The notes under the pieces are model-generated. The model did not search any database, had not been told where the DNA came from, and worked only from the letters and a program-made list of their open reading frames with translations. Source: an uncultured Alphaproteobacteria bacterium (GTDB taxonomy: Bacteria > Pseudomonadota > Alphaproteobacteria > Rhizobiales > Xanthobacteraceae). From it: a stretch of DNA of 64,000 nt. The stretch is from positions 112,082 to 176,081 of the forward strand of contig CAVXIL010000002.1 in the NCBI GenBank assembly GCA_963761895.1, written 5' to 3'. How positions within the stretch are numbered: position 1 is the first letter of the stretch; every line of letters begins with the position of its first letter. The translations under genes were made by a program, and so were the position numbers. Shown piece by piece: positions 45,950 to 55,162 of this stretch.

Positions 45950-46984
45950 TTAGGCCGTTGCTGCCTTGGCAGCCGGATTGAACGGCACATTATCCTTGAG
46001 CATGCGGAGCATGATCACGGCGAGCTTGCGCGCCAGCGCCACCTTGGCCTTGTTAGTGCCAGCGCGCCGGGCGATCCGCATTGCCCAGCTTTTGAGTTCC
46101 GAGCAACCCTTGACCGGCTTTGTCAGCATGATGTGGGCGGCCTCGTAAAGCGCCTCGCGCACCGAGGCGTCACCGTGCTTGCTGATGCGGCCGGTGTAGT
46201 CGGTCTCGCCGGACTGATACTTCTTCGGGGTCAAACCGAAATGCGGGCCCGCCCGCTTCGATGACGTGAAGCGAGAGGGATCATCGATCGCGCAGGCAAA
46301 GGTGAGCGAGACGATCGGCCCCACCGCCGGTGTTGACATCAGGAGCCTGGCCTTCTCATGAAGGCGCGACATTGCCCGCACGCGCTTCTCAAAACCATTG
46401 AACTCTGCAAGCAGAACGGCCCGCGCCCGAAGCAGCGCCTCTATGATCGTCTGAAGGTTGGGATGCCCCTTCACCAGCTCTTCGATCCGTCCGGCAAAGT
46501 TGGTCCGTGTTGTCTTGCCGACCTTCAGCCCGAAGCCGCGCAATATCCCGCGCAGGCTGTTCTCAAGGTCCAGGAGCTTGCTTTGCACCAGCTTGCGTGC
46601 CGTCAGCATCGCGCGGATCTCCTGTGCCGTGATCGACTTGCAGTGTACCGGCCGGAACCAGCCGAGCCGCATCAGTTGCGCGATGTTGCGTGCGTCGTTG
46701 CGGTCCGACTTCACCGGCATCGCCTTGAAGGCATCGCTCACGTGCCGTGTCTCCAAAAGCTCGACCGCCAGACCAGTCTGCTTCATGGCCGCATAGAGCC
46801 ATTGCGACAACGGCCCGGCCTCAAGTCCGATCCTGGCGAGCCCAAGCCCGAGCGAACCGAACCAGTTGATCAGCGCTTCCGGCTCGCTTGCCACTTTGGT
46901 CTCCCGGACAATCTTGCCGCTCCCGTCGACCACGCACACACTCGAGTATTCCAACGACACGTCAATTCCGGCATAATAATCCAT
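45950..46984 (-). CDS. IS110 family transposase (DEDD recombinase)
   Basis: MDYYAGIDVSLEYSSVCVVD N-terminus and C-terminal STPAVGPIVSLTFACAIDDPSRFTSSKRAGPHFGLTPKKYQSGETDYTGRISKHGD; 344 aa, intact. Confidence 0.92.
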   Translation of the reverse strand: MDYYAGIDVSLEYSSVCVVDGSGKIVRETKVASEPEALINWFGSLGLGLARIGLEAGPLSQWLYAAMKQTGLAVELLETRHVSDAFKAMPVKSDRNDARNIAQLMRLGWFRPVHCKSITAQEIRAMLTARKLVQSKLLDLENSLRGILRGFGLKVGKTTRTNFAGRIEELVKGHPNLQTIIEALLRARAVLLAEFNGFEKRVRAMSRLHEKARLLMSTPAVGPIVSLTFACAIDDPSRFTSSKRAGPHFGLTPKKYQSGETDYTGRISKHGDASVREALYEAAHIMLTKPVKGCSELKSWAMRIARRAGTNKAKVALARKLAVIMLRMLKDNVPFNPAAKAATA

Positions 46985-47140
46985 GGTCGTCTCTCCCTGG
47001 TGCTTGGAGCGAGGCCTGTCCTCGACTCCGTCATACCATCAGTGTGAGGGACGACCGCCTGGCTTCCAAGCAAGCCGCGCGACGCGCGCTTCAAACAGCG
47101 CCGTAGCTAGCGCGGCTTGCTTGGAAGGCCCGTTACTCCA

Positions 47141-47262
47141 TCTGCGGGTGCATCGGGCGCCCGGCATTCCCTGCGCCCTCTGATTGGAGAGGGCGGACGT
47201 TGATGGCAAACCTCGCGCGTTGCACGCGGCGAGATCGCGAGACTGTGTGTACGAACAATGCC
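47141..47262 (+). repeat. right part of the interrupted intergenic repeat-type sequence
   Basis: It continues the left part in phase (…SAGASGARHSLRPLIGEGG pseudo-translation). Joining the flanks gives CACGAGGCT-TCT-GCGGGTGCATCGG. Confidence 0.35.
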
Positions 47263-47270
47263 GCTGTGCT

Positions 47271-47446
47271 CGACCTCGCCCCGCTTGCGGGGAGAGGTCG
47301 GAGACGAAGCGCCAGCGAAGTCTCCGGGTGAGGGGGACTCTCCGCGAGTCCGAGTCCGTCGAGAGTCCCCCTCACCCGCTCGCCGCCGGACAGCGCAAGC
47401 GCGCTGCCGGGAGCTCGCGACCTCTCCCCGCAAGCGGGGCGAGGTG
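47271..47446. repeat. modular REP cluster, family B
   Basis: GACCTCGCCCCGCTTGCGGGGAGAGGTC, GGTGAGGGGGACTCTC...GAGAGTCCCCCTCACC, GACCTCTCCCCGCAAGCGGGGCGAGGT. Confidence 0.85.
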
Positions 47447-47492
47447 AAGAACACCAGGCGCAAATCAAATGCGTGGCGACGCTTCCCTCCGC

Positions 47493-48185
47493 CTATTCCT
47501 CGTCCGGCTTCTTGCCGCCGATCGTTTTCAGCTTCGCGAATACCGCGTCGACGTTGAGGTCGTCGCGCTCCTTCTCGCTGGGCTCGAATTCCGGCTCCTT
47601 GCGGGTGGTCTCGGAGGCCGGCAGCAGGGTGGCGCCGCCATAGGCGGTATCGATCGGCTTCTCCTTGGCCGCGCGCTGCACCTCGAAGTCGAGTTCGATC
47701 TGCGAGCACAGGCCGAGCGTCACCGGGTCCATCGGGGTCAGGGTCGAGGCGTTCCAGTGGGTACGGTCGCGCACGCTGGCGATGGTGGTCTTGGTGGTGC
47801 CGACCAGCCGCATGATCTGCGCGTCCTTCAATTCGGGGTGGTTGCGCACCAGCCACAGGATCGCGCTCGGCCGTTCGTGGCGCCGCGACACCGGGGTGTA
47901 GCGCGGGCCCTTCTTCTTGGCCTGCGGCGGCAGCGCCACCTTGCTCTCGCCGAGCTTGAGCCGGTAGTTCGGGTCGTTCTCGCCCTTTTCGATCTCGTCG
48001 CGGGTGAGCTGGCCGGTCGAAATCGGGTCCATGCCCTTGATGCCCTGGGCGGCGTCGCCATCGGCGATGGCGCGGACCTCGAGCGGGTGCATTTTGGTGA
48101 AATCCGCCACCTGATCGAAGGTCAACGCGGTATTGTCGACCAGCCAGACGGCAGTCGCCTTTGGCATCAGCGGTGCATTGCTCAT
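47493..48185 (-). CDS. DUF1013 protein (TrcR-like cell-cycle regulator family)
   Basis: MSNAPLMPKATAVWLVDNTALTFDQVADFTKMHPLEV... is highly characteristic of DUF1013. Divergent from ispH as in other alphaproteobacteria. Confidence 0.85.
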   Translation of the reverse strand: MSNAPLMPKATAVWLVDNTALTFDQVADFTKMHPLEVRAIADGDAAQGIKGMDPISTGQLTRDEIEKGENDPNYRLKLGESKVALPPQAKKKGPRYTPVSRRHERPSAILWLVRNHPELKDAQIMRLVGTTKTTIASVRDRTHWNASTLTPMDPVTLGLCSQIELDFEVQRAAKEKPIDTAYGGATLLPASETTRKEPEFEPSEKERDDLNVDAVFAKLKTIGGKKPDEE

Positions 48186-48400
48186 GGCAAATCTCCTTTG
48201 CGCTTCGCCCACCTGTTTTGGAGGCGAAGCCGTGGTCATCAGCGATGACGGGAATTACGCCCTATATAAGCCGTCCGGGCCTAACCGCGCAATGGTTAGC
48301 TAAACGGCCTTGACAGCGCCCGAAAGCGGTCCCAAGTCGTGTTTTGAATTGACCGTTCCCCGCCCGCCGGCCAGGGGTGATTCGGTCCGAGATCGGATCC

Positions 48401-49366
48401 ATGGCAGCCAAACCACCCCTGAAAATCGTGCTTTGTTCGCCGCGGGGCTTCTGCGCCGGCGTGGTGCGGGCGATCGACACCGTGGAACGGGCGCTGACCA
48501 TCTATGGCGCCCCGGTCTATGTCCGCCACGAGATCGTCCACAACCGCTATGTGGTCGACAGCCTCAGGACCAAGGGCGCGATTTTCGTCGAGGAACTGGC
48601 TGAAATCCCCGACAATACCAATGCGCCGGTGGTGTTTTCGGCCCACGGGGTTCCCAAATCGGTGCCGGCCGACGCCCGGGCCCGCAATTTCTTTTCGCTG
48701 GATGCGACCTGCCCGCTGGTGACAAAAGTGCACCGCGAGGCGGCGATCCATTTCAAGCGCGGCCGCGAGATCCTGCTGATCGGGCATTCCCATCACCCCG
48801 AGGTAGTCGGCACGCTCGGGCAGCTGCCGCCCGGGGCGGTGACGCTGATCGAGACCGCGCACGATGCCGCGACCTTCACGCCGAAGGATCCCGACAATCT
48901 CGCCTTCGTCACCCAGACCACGCTGTCGATCGACGACACCGCCGAAATCGTCGCGATGCTGAAGGAGCGGTTCCCGAACATCTCCGGCCCGCACAAGGAA
49001 GACATCTGCTACGCCACCACCAACCGCCAGCTCGCGGTCAAGAAGGTGGCGCCGGTGGTCGACGCCCTGATCGTGGTCGGCGCGCCGAATTCGTCGAATT
49101 CGCAGCGGCTGCGCGAGGTCGCCGAGCGCGAGGGCTGCCCGATCGCGGTGCTGGCGCAGCGCGCCGGCGATATCGACTGGTCGCGGTTCGAGGGCATCAA
49201 GAGCCTCGGCATCACCGCGGGCGCATCCGCACCGGAAGTGATCGTCGAAGAGATCATGGGTGCGTTCGCCGAACGTTACGAACTGCATGTGGAGACGGTC
49301 TCGGCTGCGGAAGAGAACGAATTCTTTCCGTTGCCGCGTTCGCTGCGGCCCGACGCCGCGGAATAA
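48401..49366 (+). CDS. ispH: 4-hydroxy-3-methylbut-2-enyl diphosphate reductase
   Basis: [49 protein letters not shown]. Confidence 0.93.
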   Translation: MAAKPPLKIVLCSPRGFCAGVVRAIDTVERALTIYGAPVYVRHEIVHNRYVVDSLRTKGAIFVEELAEIPDNTNAPVVFSAHGVPKSVPADARARNFFSLDATCPLVTKVHREAAIHFKRGREILLIGHSHHPEVVGTLGQLPPGAVTLIETAHDAATFTPKDPDNLAFVTQTTLSIDDTAEIVAMLKERFPNISGPHKEDICYATTNRQLAVKKVAPVVDALIVVGAPNSSNSQRLREVAEREGCPIAVLAQRAGDIDWSRFEGIKSLGITAGASAPEVIVEEIMGAFAERYELHVETVSAAEENEFFPLPRSLRPDAAE

Positions 49367-49371
49367 TCGCG

Positions 49372-50355
49372 ATGGCGGTTTACACCGACGTCGCCGCCGA
49401 CGAGCTTGCGGAATTTCTGGGGCATTACGAGATCGGCGAATTGCTGTCCTACAAGGGCATTGCCGAGGGCGTCGAGAATTCCAACTTCCTGCTCCACACC
49501 ACATCCGGATATTTCATCCTGACGCTGTATGAAAAGCGCGTCGCCAGATGCGACCTGCCGTTCTTTCTCGGCCTGATGACGCATCTGGCGTCGCGCGGCA
49601 TCAGTTGTCCGCAGCCGGTGCGGAACAGGAGCGGCGAGGCGCTGAGTGCGCTCGCCGGCCGGCCGGCGGCGATCATCAATTTTCTCGAAGGGATCTGGCC
49701 GCGCAAGCCGAACGCCGCGCATTGCGCCGGCGTCGGCCAAGCGCTGGCGAAAATGCATCTTGCCGGAGCCGATTTTGCGATGGCGCGCGCCAACGCGCTG
49801 TCGGTGTCGGGCTGGCGGCCGCTGTTCGATATCGCCGCTTCGCGCGCCGACGAAGTCCAGCACGGGCTGCGGGCGTTCATCGCCGCCGAACTCGATCATC
49901 TCGAAGGCGGTGTCTGGCCGAAGAATTTACCGACGGGGGTGATCCACGCCGACTTGTTTCCGGACAACGTGTTCTTTCTCGGCGAGCGGGTGTCGGGCAT
50001 CATCGATTTCACCTTCGCCTGCACCGACATGCTGGCCTACGACGTCGCGATCTGCCTCAACGCCTGGTGCTTCGAGAGCGATTATTCGTTCAACGTCACC
50101 AAGGCGCGCGCCTTCCTCGGCGCCTATGGCCGCGAGCGCCGGCTGTCCGAGGCCGAGCAGGACGCGCTGCCGCTCCTGGCGCGCGGCGCGGCGCTGCGTT
50201 TTTTGCTGACGCGCCTGGTCGACTTTCTCGACGTTCCCGCGGGCGCGCTGGTGCGGCCGAAGGATCCGCTCGAATATGCCCGCAAGCTGCGGTTTCAGCA
50301 GAGTGTCGCCAGCATGCGGGACTACGGCGTAGATGCCTCGGGGCTGGTGGCGTGA
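49372..50355 (+). CDS. thrB: homoserine kinase (type II, aminoglycoside-phosphotransferase fold)
   Basis: [39 protein letters not shown], and [14 protein letters not shown] catalytic loop. Confidence 0.9.
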   Translation: MAVYTDVAADELAEFLGHYEIGELLSYKGIAEGVENSNFLLHTTSGYFILTLYEKRVARCDLPFFLGLMTHLASRGISCPQPVRNRSGEALSALAGRPAAIINFLEGIWPRKPNAAHCAGVGQALAKMHLAGADFAMARANALSVSGWRPLFDIAASRADEVQHGLRAFIAAELDHLEGGVWPKNLPTGVIHADLFPDNVFFLGERVSGIIDFTFACTDMLAYDVAICLNAWCFESDYSFNVTKARAFLGAYGRERRLSEAEQDALPLLARGAALRFLLTRLVDFLDVPAGALVRPKDPLEYARKLRFQQSVASMRDYGVDASGLVA

Positions 50356-50804
50356 GTTCATCTCCAACCGTCACCATTCACACCGATGGCGCGTGCTCGG
50401 GCAATCCGGGCCCGGGCGGCTGGGGCGCGATCCTGAAATTCGGCGACGCGGAAAAGGAACTGAAGGGCGGCGAGGCCCATACCACCAACAACCGGATGGA
50501 GCTGATGGCGGCGATCTCGGCGCTGGAAGCGCTGAAAAAGCCCTGCACCGTCGATCTCTATACCGACAGCCAGTATGTGCGTCAGGGCATCACCGGCTGG
50601 ATCCACGGCTGGAAGAAGAACGGCTGGCGCACCGCGGACAAGAAGCCGGTCAAGAACGTCGATCTGTGGCAGCGGCTCGACGCGGCGCTGCACCAACATC
50701 AGGTGCGCTGGCACTGGGTCAAGGGCCACGCCGGCCACGACGCCAACGAGCGCGCCGATCAGCTGGCGCGGGAAGGCGTCGCGATGGCAAGGTTGAAGGG
50801 GTAG
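50352..50804 (+). CDS. rnhA: ribonuclease HI
   Basis: The GTG overlaps the thrB stop (GTGA). [61 protein letters not shown] and VKGHAGH are nearly colinear with E. coli RnhA. Confidence 0.9.
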   Translation: MSSSPTVTIHTDGACSGNPGPGGWGAILKFGDAEKELKGGEAHTTNNRMELMAAISALEALKKPCTVDLYTDSQYVRQGITGWIHGWKKNGWRTADKKPVKNVDLWQRLDAALHQHQVRWHWVKGHAGHDANERADQLAREGVAMARLKG

Positions 50805-50825
50805 GTGGGAGACGCGTAGCCGTCC

Positions 50826-50990
50826 CTTACCCTCTCCCCTTGTTGTGGGAGAGGGTGGCGCCTCACGGAGTGAGGCGACGGGTGAGGGGTTCTCTCCGCG
50901 GATAGACACCCCTCATCCGGCGCGGATTTCATCCGCGCCACCTCAAGAGCGAGCTTCGCTCGTCTCTTCTCCCACAAGGGGAGAAGGGAA
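50826..50990. repeat. modular REP cluster, family B
   Basis: CCCTCTCCCCTTGTTGTGGGAGAGGG, GGTGAGGGG...CACCCCTCATCC, CTTCTCCCACAAGGGGAGAAG. Confidence 0.85.
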
Positions 50991-51043
50991 AAAGCCGGGC
51001 GATGACAGTTGTCCGCGGCGCGATGCGCGAGGAAGCCTCGAGC

Positions 51044-51529
51044 TCAGAGCTGCCCGAGCAGCGTATCGCCGCCGGAAACCTCGACCTTGCCGGGCGCCGG
51101 TTCGCGATTGAGCTTCTTAACCACGCCGTCATCCACCAGCATCGAGTAGCGGTGGGAGCGGATGCCGAGGCCGTTGCCGGAAGCGTCGAGCTCCATGCCG
51201 ATCGCCTTGGTGAATTCGGCGTTGCCGTCGGCGAGGAAGGTGGCCTCGTCGCGTTGGTCGGTGTCGCGCTTCCAGGCGTTCATGACGAAGGCGTCATTGA
51301 CGGAGACGATCGCGATGGTGTTCACGCCCTTGTCCTTGATGGCATAGGCGTTGAGGAAAATGCTCGGCAGATGCATCTTGTGGCAGGTGCCGGTGTAGGC
51401 GCCGGGTACGGCGAACAGCGCTACCTTCTTGCCCTTGAAGATATCGTCGGTGGTCTTGACCTGCGGGCCTTCCGCCGTCATGACGCGAAACTTGGCTTCG
51501 GGCAGCTTGTCGCCAACTTGGATGGTCAT
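51044..51529 (-). CDS. peroxiredoxin (Prx5/PrxD-type)
   Basis: LFAVPGAYTGTC peroxidatic Cys motif; 161 aa. Confidence 0.9.
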   Translation of the reverse strand: MTIQVGDKLPEAKFRVMTAEGPQVKTTDDIFKGKKVALFAVPGAYTGTCHKMHLPSIFLNAYAIKDKGVNTIAIVSVNDAFVMNAWKRDTDQRDEATFLADGNAEFTKAIGMELDASGNGLGIRSHRYSMLVDDGVVKKLNREPAPGKVEVSGGDTLLGQL

Positions 51530-51649
51530 CGTCCATTCTCCTCAAATGTGCGGGTGAGTCTTAGACCGGGCCGGCCGCGGGCACAACATTCAGCGCCGCG
51601 AAAAAAATGAGATCGCGCGTTCACCGTTCTGTCACCGGCGAGCCCCGGA

Positions 51650-53335
51650 TCAGGCGGCCGCCGCCTTGTTTTCATCGCGCAATTCGCGGCGCAGGATTTT
51701 TCCGACATTGGTCTTCGGCAGTGCGGTCCGAAACTCGATCTGCTTGGGGACCTTGTAGTTGGTCAACTGCGTGCCGCAGAACTTGATGATGTCTTCGGCG
51801 GTGACGTTCGGATCCTTCTTCACCACAAACGCCTTGACAGCTTCGCCCGAGCGCGCGTCCGCAACGCCGATCACGGCGCATTCCAGTACGCCGGGATGAT
51901 TCGCGATCACTTCCTCGACCTCGTTGGGATAGACGTTGAAGCCCGACACCAGGATCATGTCCTTCTTGCGGTCGACGATCTTGGTGTAGCCGTCCGGCGT
52001 CATCACCCCGATATCGCCGGTGCGGAAGTAACCGTCCGCCGTCATCACCTTGGCGGTCTCGTCGGGCCTGTTCCAGTAGCCGGCCATCACCTGCGGGCCC
52101 TTGGCGCAGATTTCGCCGGGCTGGCCGAGCGGCACTTCGTTGCCGTCATCGTCGCGGATCGAAAGATAGGTCGAGGGAACGGGAATGCCGATCGAGCCGG
52201 AGAACTTGTCGGTATCGGCGGGATTGCAGGTCAGCGTCGGCGAGGTCTCCGACAGGCCGTAGCCCTCGGACAGCGGGCAGCCGGTTGTCTTGAGCCAGGC
52301 GTCCGCGACCGCTTTCTGGGTGGCCATGCCGCCGCCGAACGAGGTCTTCAATTTGGAGAAGTCGACCTTGTCGAAACCGGGCGAATGCAGCAGCCCGTTG
52401 TAGAGCGTGTTGACCGCGGGGAAACTGTTGACCTGGTATTTCATCAGCTCCTTGATGAAGCCCTGCATGTCGCGCGGATTGGGAATCAGGAGATTGACGC
52501 CGCCGGCGCGCATCGCCAGCAGGAAGCACGCGGTCAGCGCGAAGATGTGATAGAGCGGCAGCGCGCAGACGATGAACAACTGGTCGACATGCGGCGGCTT
52601 CTTCAGCGCCGGCTGCAGCCAGGCATCGTTCTGGAGCACGTTGGCCAGAATGTTGCGATGAAGAAGCGTCGCGCCCTTGGAGACGCCGGTGGTGCCGCCG
52701 GTATATTGCAGGAAGGCGACGTCGTCGGGCGCGATCTTCGGCTTGTTGAGCTTCATGCCGCGGCCGGCCGCGAGCGCGTCGTTGAAGCTGACGGCGCCCG
52801 GGATCGAATAGGCCGGCACCATTTTCTTGACGCGCCGGACCACGAGGTTGACGATCACGCCCTTGAAGCCGAGCAGATCGCCCATGCTGCCGACGATGAC
52901 ATGCCTGACCGCGGTCCTGGCGATCACCTGCTGCACGGTGGTGGCGAAATTCTCCAGAACGATGACCGCCTCGGCGCCGGAATCCTTGAGCTGGTGTTCG
53001 AGTTCGCGCGGGGTATAGAGCGGATTGACGTTCACGACCGCGTATCCCGCGCGCAGGACGGCGGCGGTCGATACCGGATACTGCAGCACGTTCGGCATCA
53101 TCAGGGCGACGCGGGCGCCCTTTTGCAGGCCTTTGCTCTGCAGATAGGCGGCGAGCGCCAGCGACATCTCGTCGAGATCGCGATAGGTGATCGACTTGTC
53201 CATGCAGATGAAGGCCTTGCGGTCGCTGAATTTCGCAAAGCTTTCTTCCAGCAACTCGACGAGAGACGCGTAGTGGGTCACATCGATATCGGCGGGCACG
53301 CCGGCCGGATATTGCTTGAGCCAGATGCGCTCCAT
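51650..53335 (-). CDS. fadD: long-chain fatty acid--CoA ligase
   Basis: 561 aa, nearly colinear with E. coli FadD by eye: RVALMMPNVLQYP, NVNPLYTPRELEHQL, LQYTGGTTGVSKGA, ALPLYHIFALT, ILVSGFNVYPNE, GKILRRELRDE. Confidence 0.92.
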   Translation of the reverse strand: MERIWLKQYPAGVPADIDVTHYASLVELLEESFAKFSDRKAFICMDKSITYRDLDEMSLALAAYLQSKGLQKGARVALMMPNVLQYPVSTAAVLRAGYAVVNVNPLYTPRELEHQLKDSGAEAVIVLENFATTVQQVIARTAVRHVIVGSMGDLLGFKGVIVNLVVRRVKKMVPAYSIPGAVSFNDALAAGRGMKLNKPKIAPDDVAFLQYTGGTTGVSKGATLLHRNILANVLQNDAWLQPALKKPPHVDQLFIVCALPLYHIFALTACFLLAMRAGGVNLLIPNPRDMQGFIKELMKYQVNSFPAVNTLYNGLLHSPGFDKVDFSKLKTSFGGGMATQKAVADAWLKTTGCPLSEGYGLSETSPTLTCNPADTDKFSGSIGIPVPSTYLSIRDDDGNEVPLGQPGEICAKGPQVMAGYWNRPDETAKVMTADGYFRTGDIGVMTPDGYTKIVDRKKDMILVSGFNVYPNEVEEVIANHPGVLECAVIGVADARSGEAVKAFVVKKDPNVTAEDIIKFCGTQLTNYKVPKQIEFRTALPKTNVGKILRRELRDENKAAAA

Positions 53336-53517
53336 GGTATTTCCCCTCTGGTTTTAATTTCCGGTTTTCTCGCCCGTTTCTTTGGAACGGGGCACCTTGT
53401 TCGGGCCGTGTCGGTTCCGGGCAGTATTGAGCAATGCGGCGGCCCAAGGCAAGCGGCCGCGCGTGACGGGGTTATCGTCGAGAGAAAAAAGCGCCGGTCC
53501 GACCGGCCGAAACCAGC

Positions 53518-55032
53518 TTAGCTGTGGGGCTCAGCGGCGGTCTTCTGGTCCGCCGGCTTGGCATCGCTGGTCGTGTTCTTGGGCGCAGGCTTTACGGCGG
53601 CCTTGGGCTTTGCGGGCTTGGCGGCGGGCTTATCGGTCGCGGCTACCGGCTTTTCGCCTGCTTTCGGCGCGGCATCCGGCTTGGCACTGGCGTGTCTGAC
53701 GGTGGCCGGCCTGGCGGCCGATTTCGGCGCGGGCTTGGCGTCCTTGCCGGCGTCGGTCTTCGGATCAGCCGCAGCGTCCGGCTTTTTTTCCGCGACCTGC
53801 GACTTCTTTGCGCGATGCCGCGGTGTCTGCTTTTCGGTGTCGGCGGCCACGGTGGCAAGCAACGCGGCGCCGGTCCTTGTCGGACCGGTGTAGACCGGGA
53901 TCGGCTCGGAGGGCGCGGGCGGCGCCGCCAGCATTTCCGACGGCTTCATCGTCGGGGGTTGCAGCCCCGCGGTGAAAAACGTGATGGCGGCTTCGCCACT
54001 GCTCGACGAGCCGCCGGCGCTGTTGCCGGCGACGGACTCCTCATCCTCGTCGCTGGCCGGTTTGTGGCGCTTGCCGCCGCACATCTCGTCGTGCAGGTTG
54101 GGCGGCGAGGCATCGATCGGCACCAGATTGTCGACCGTGCCGAGCGAGGGGCGCAGCCATGACAGCGTGTTGTTGGCGAAGCCGCGGTCGAGCAGTTGCG
54201 CGGCCCGCACCGCGCGCATCGTGCCGGAGGACGCCCCGAGCACCACCGCGATCAGCCGTTTGCCGTTGCGGGTGGCCGAGGCCACCAGATTGTAGCCGGA
54301 TGCACAGATGAAGCCGGTCTTGAAGCCGTCGGCGCCGGGATAGCGTCCGATCAGCTTGTTGAAATTCTGCGTGACCTTGCGGCCGTAGCGGATCGAGGGA
54401 ATGTGGACGAAATATTCGTATTCCGGAAGGTCGTGAATGATCGCGCGGGCGAGGATCGCAAGATCGCGCGCAGAGGTGATCTGTCCGTCCGCCGGCAGGC
54501 CGTTCGGATTGACGTAGCTCGTCTGGGTCATGCCGAGTTGTTGCGCGGCCTGATTCATTTGCGCCGAAAACCCGTCGATCGAGCCTCCGACGCCCTCGGC
54601 GAGCACCACCGCCATGTCGTTGGCCGACTTTACCAGCATTATCTTGAGCGCGTTATCGACTGTGACCCGGGTGCCTGGCCGGAAACCTATCTTCGATGGC
54701 GACTGCGAAGCCGCAACGGGCGACACCGTGAACAGGGTGTCGAGCGTGATGCGTCCCTCCTTGACGGCCTTGAGCGTGACATAGGCGGTCATCAGTTTGC
54801 TCAGCGAAGCCGGGTACCAGGGATAGGTCGCGTTCTCGGCCTGCAGGACCTTTCCGGTATCGGCTTCGACCACCAGCAGCGCTTCCGCATGCGCGATGCG
54901 CGGCGCAACGACGGCCAGCGCTGCAACAAGCACGATCCAGTTCAACGATGACTTGCGAAGCAACGGGCGAAGAGACTGCACTATCCGATTCCGGTCCTTT
55001 GACACCCGCCTGCAAGACGAGGTCCTGATCAT
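53518..55032 (-). CDS. D-alanyl-D-alanine carboxypeptidase (PBP5-type) with Lys/Ala/Pro-rich C-terminal tail
   Basis: Signal peptide and SxxK motif (ASLSKLMTAY). The last ~110 aa are low complexity (KPAAKPAKPKAAVKPAPK). Start could be 55032 or 55050. Confidence 0.85.
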   Translation of the reverse strand: MIRTSSCRRVSKDRNRIVQSLRPLLRKSSLNWIVLVAALAVVAPRIAHAEALLVVEADTGKVLQAENATYPWYPASLSKLMTAYVTLKAVKEGRITLDTLFTVSPVAASQSPSKIGFRPGTRVTVDNALKIMLVKSANDMAVVLAEGVGGSIDGFSAQMNQAAQQLGMTQTSYVNPNGLPADGQITSARDLAILARAIIHDLPEYEYFVHIPSIRYGRKVTQNFNKLIGRYPGADGFKTGFICASGYNLVASATRNGKRLIAVVLGASSGTMRAVRAAQLLDRGFANNTLSWLRPSLGTVDNLVPIDASPPNLHDEMCGGKRHKPASDEDEESVAGNSAGGSSSSGEAAITFFTAGLQPPTMKPSEMLAAPPAPSEPIPVYTGPTRTGAALLATVAADTEKQTPRHRAKKSQVAEKKPDAAADPKTDAGKDAKPAPKSAARPATVRHASAKPDAAPKAGEKPVAATDKPAAKPAKPKAAVKPAPKNTTSDAKPADQKTAAEPHS

Positions 55033-55162
55033 GTGACGTTCGGGTTTCAAGTGTGTCCGGCGGCGTCGGTTACGGCTGACGCAAACCTATACCGGCTTGC
55101 CGATCCAGAACAGAGGCCCGTTGACTAAATCGTGGACGAAAGGGGCCGAATTTCGACGATAC

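Larger units (their letters stand above)
45684..47140 (-). mobile_element. IS110-family insertion sequence (IS1111-like architecture), ~1457 bp
   Basis: DEDD-type transposase gene. A 9-bp inverted repeat GTAACGGGC (45684-45692) / GCCCGTTAC (47128-47136) is subterminal at one end. TCT flanks both junctions (45681-83, 47141-43). Confidence 0.7.

Noticed and set aside
51896-53521. 541-aa plus-strand ORF
   Set aside because: Antisense to fadD, which is nearly colinear with E. coli FadD.
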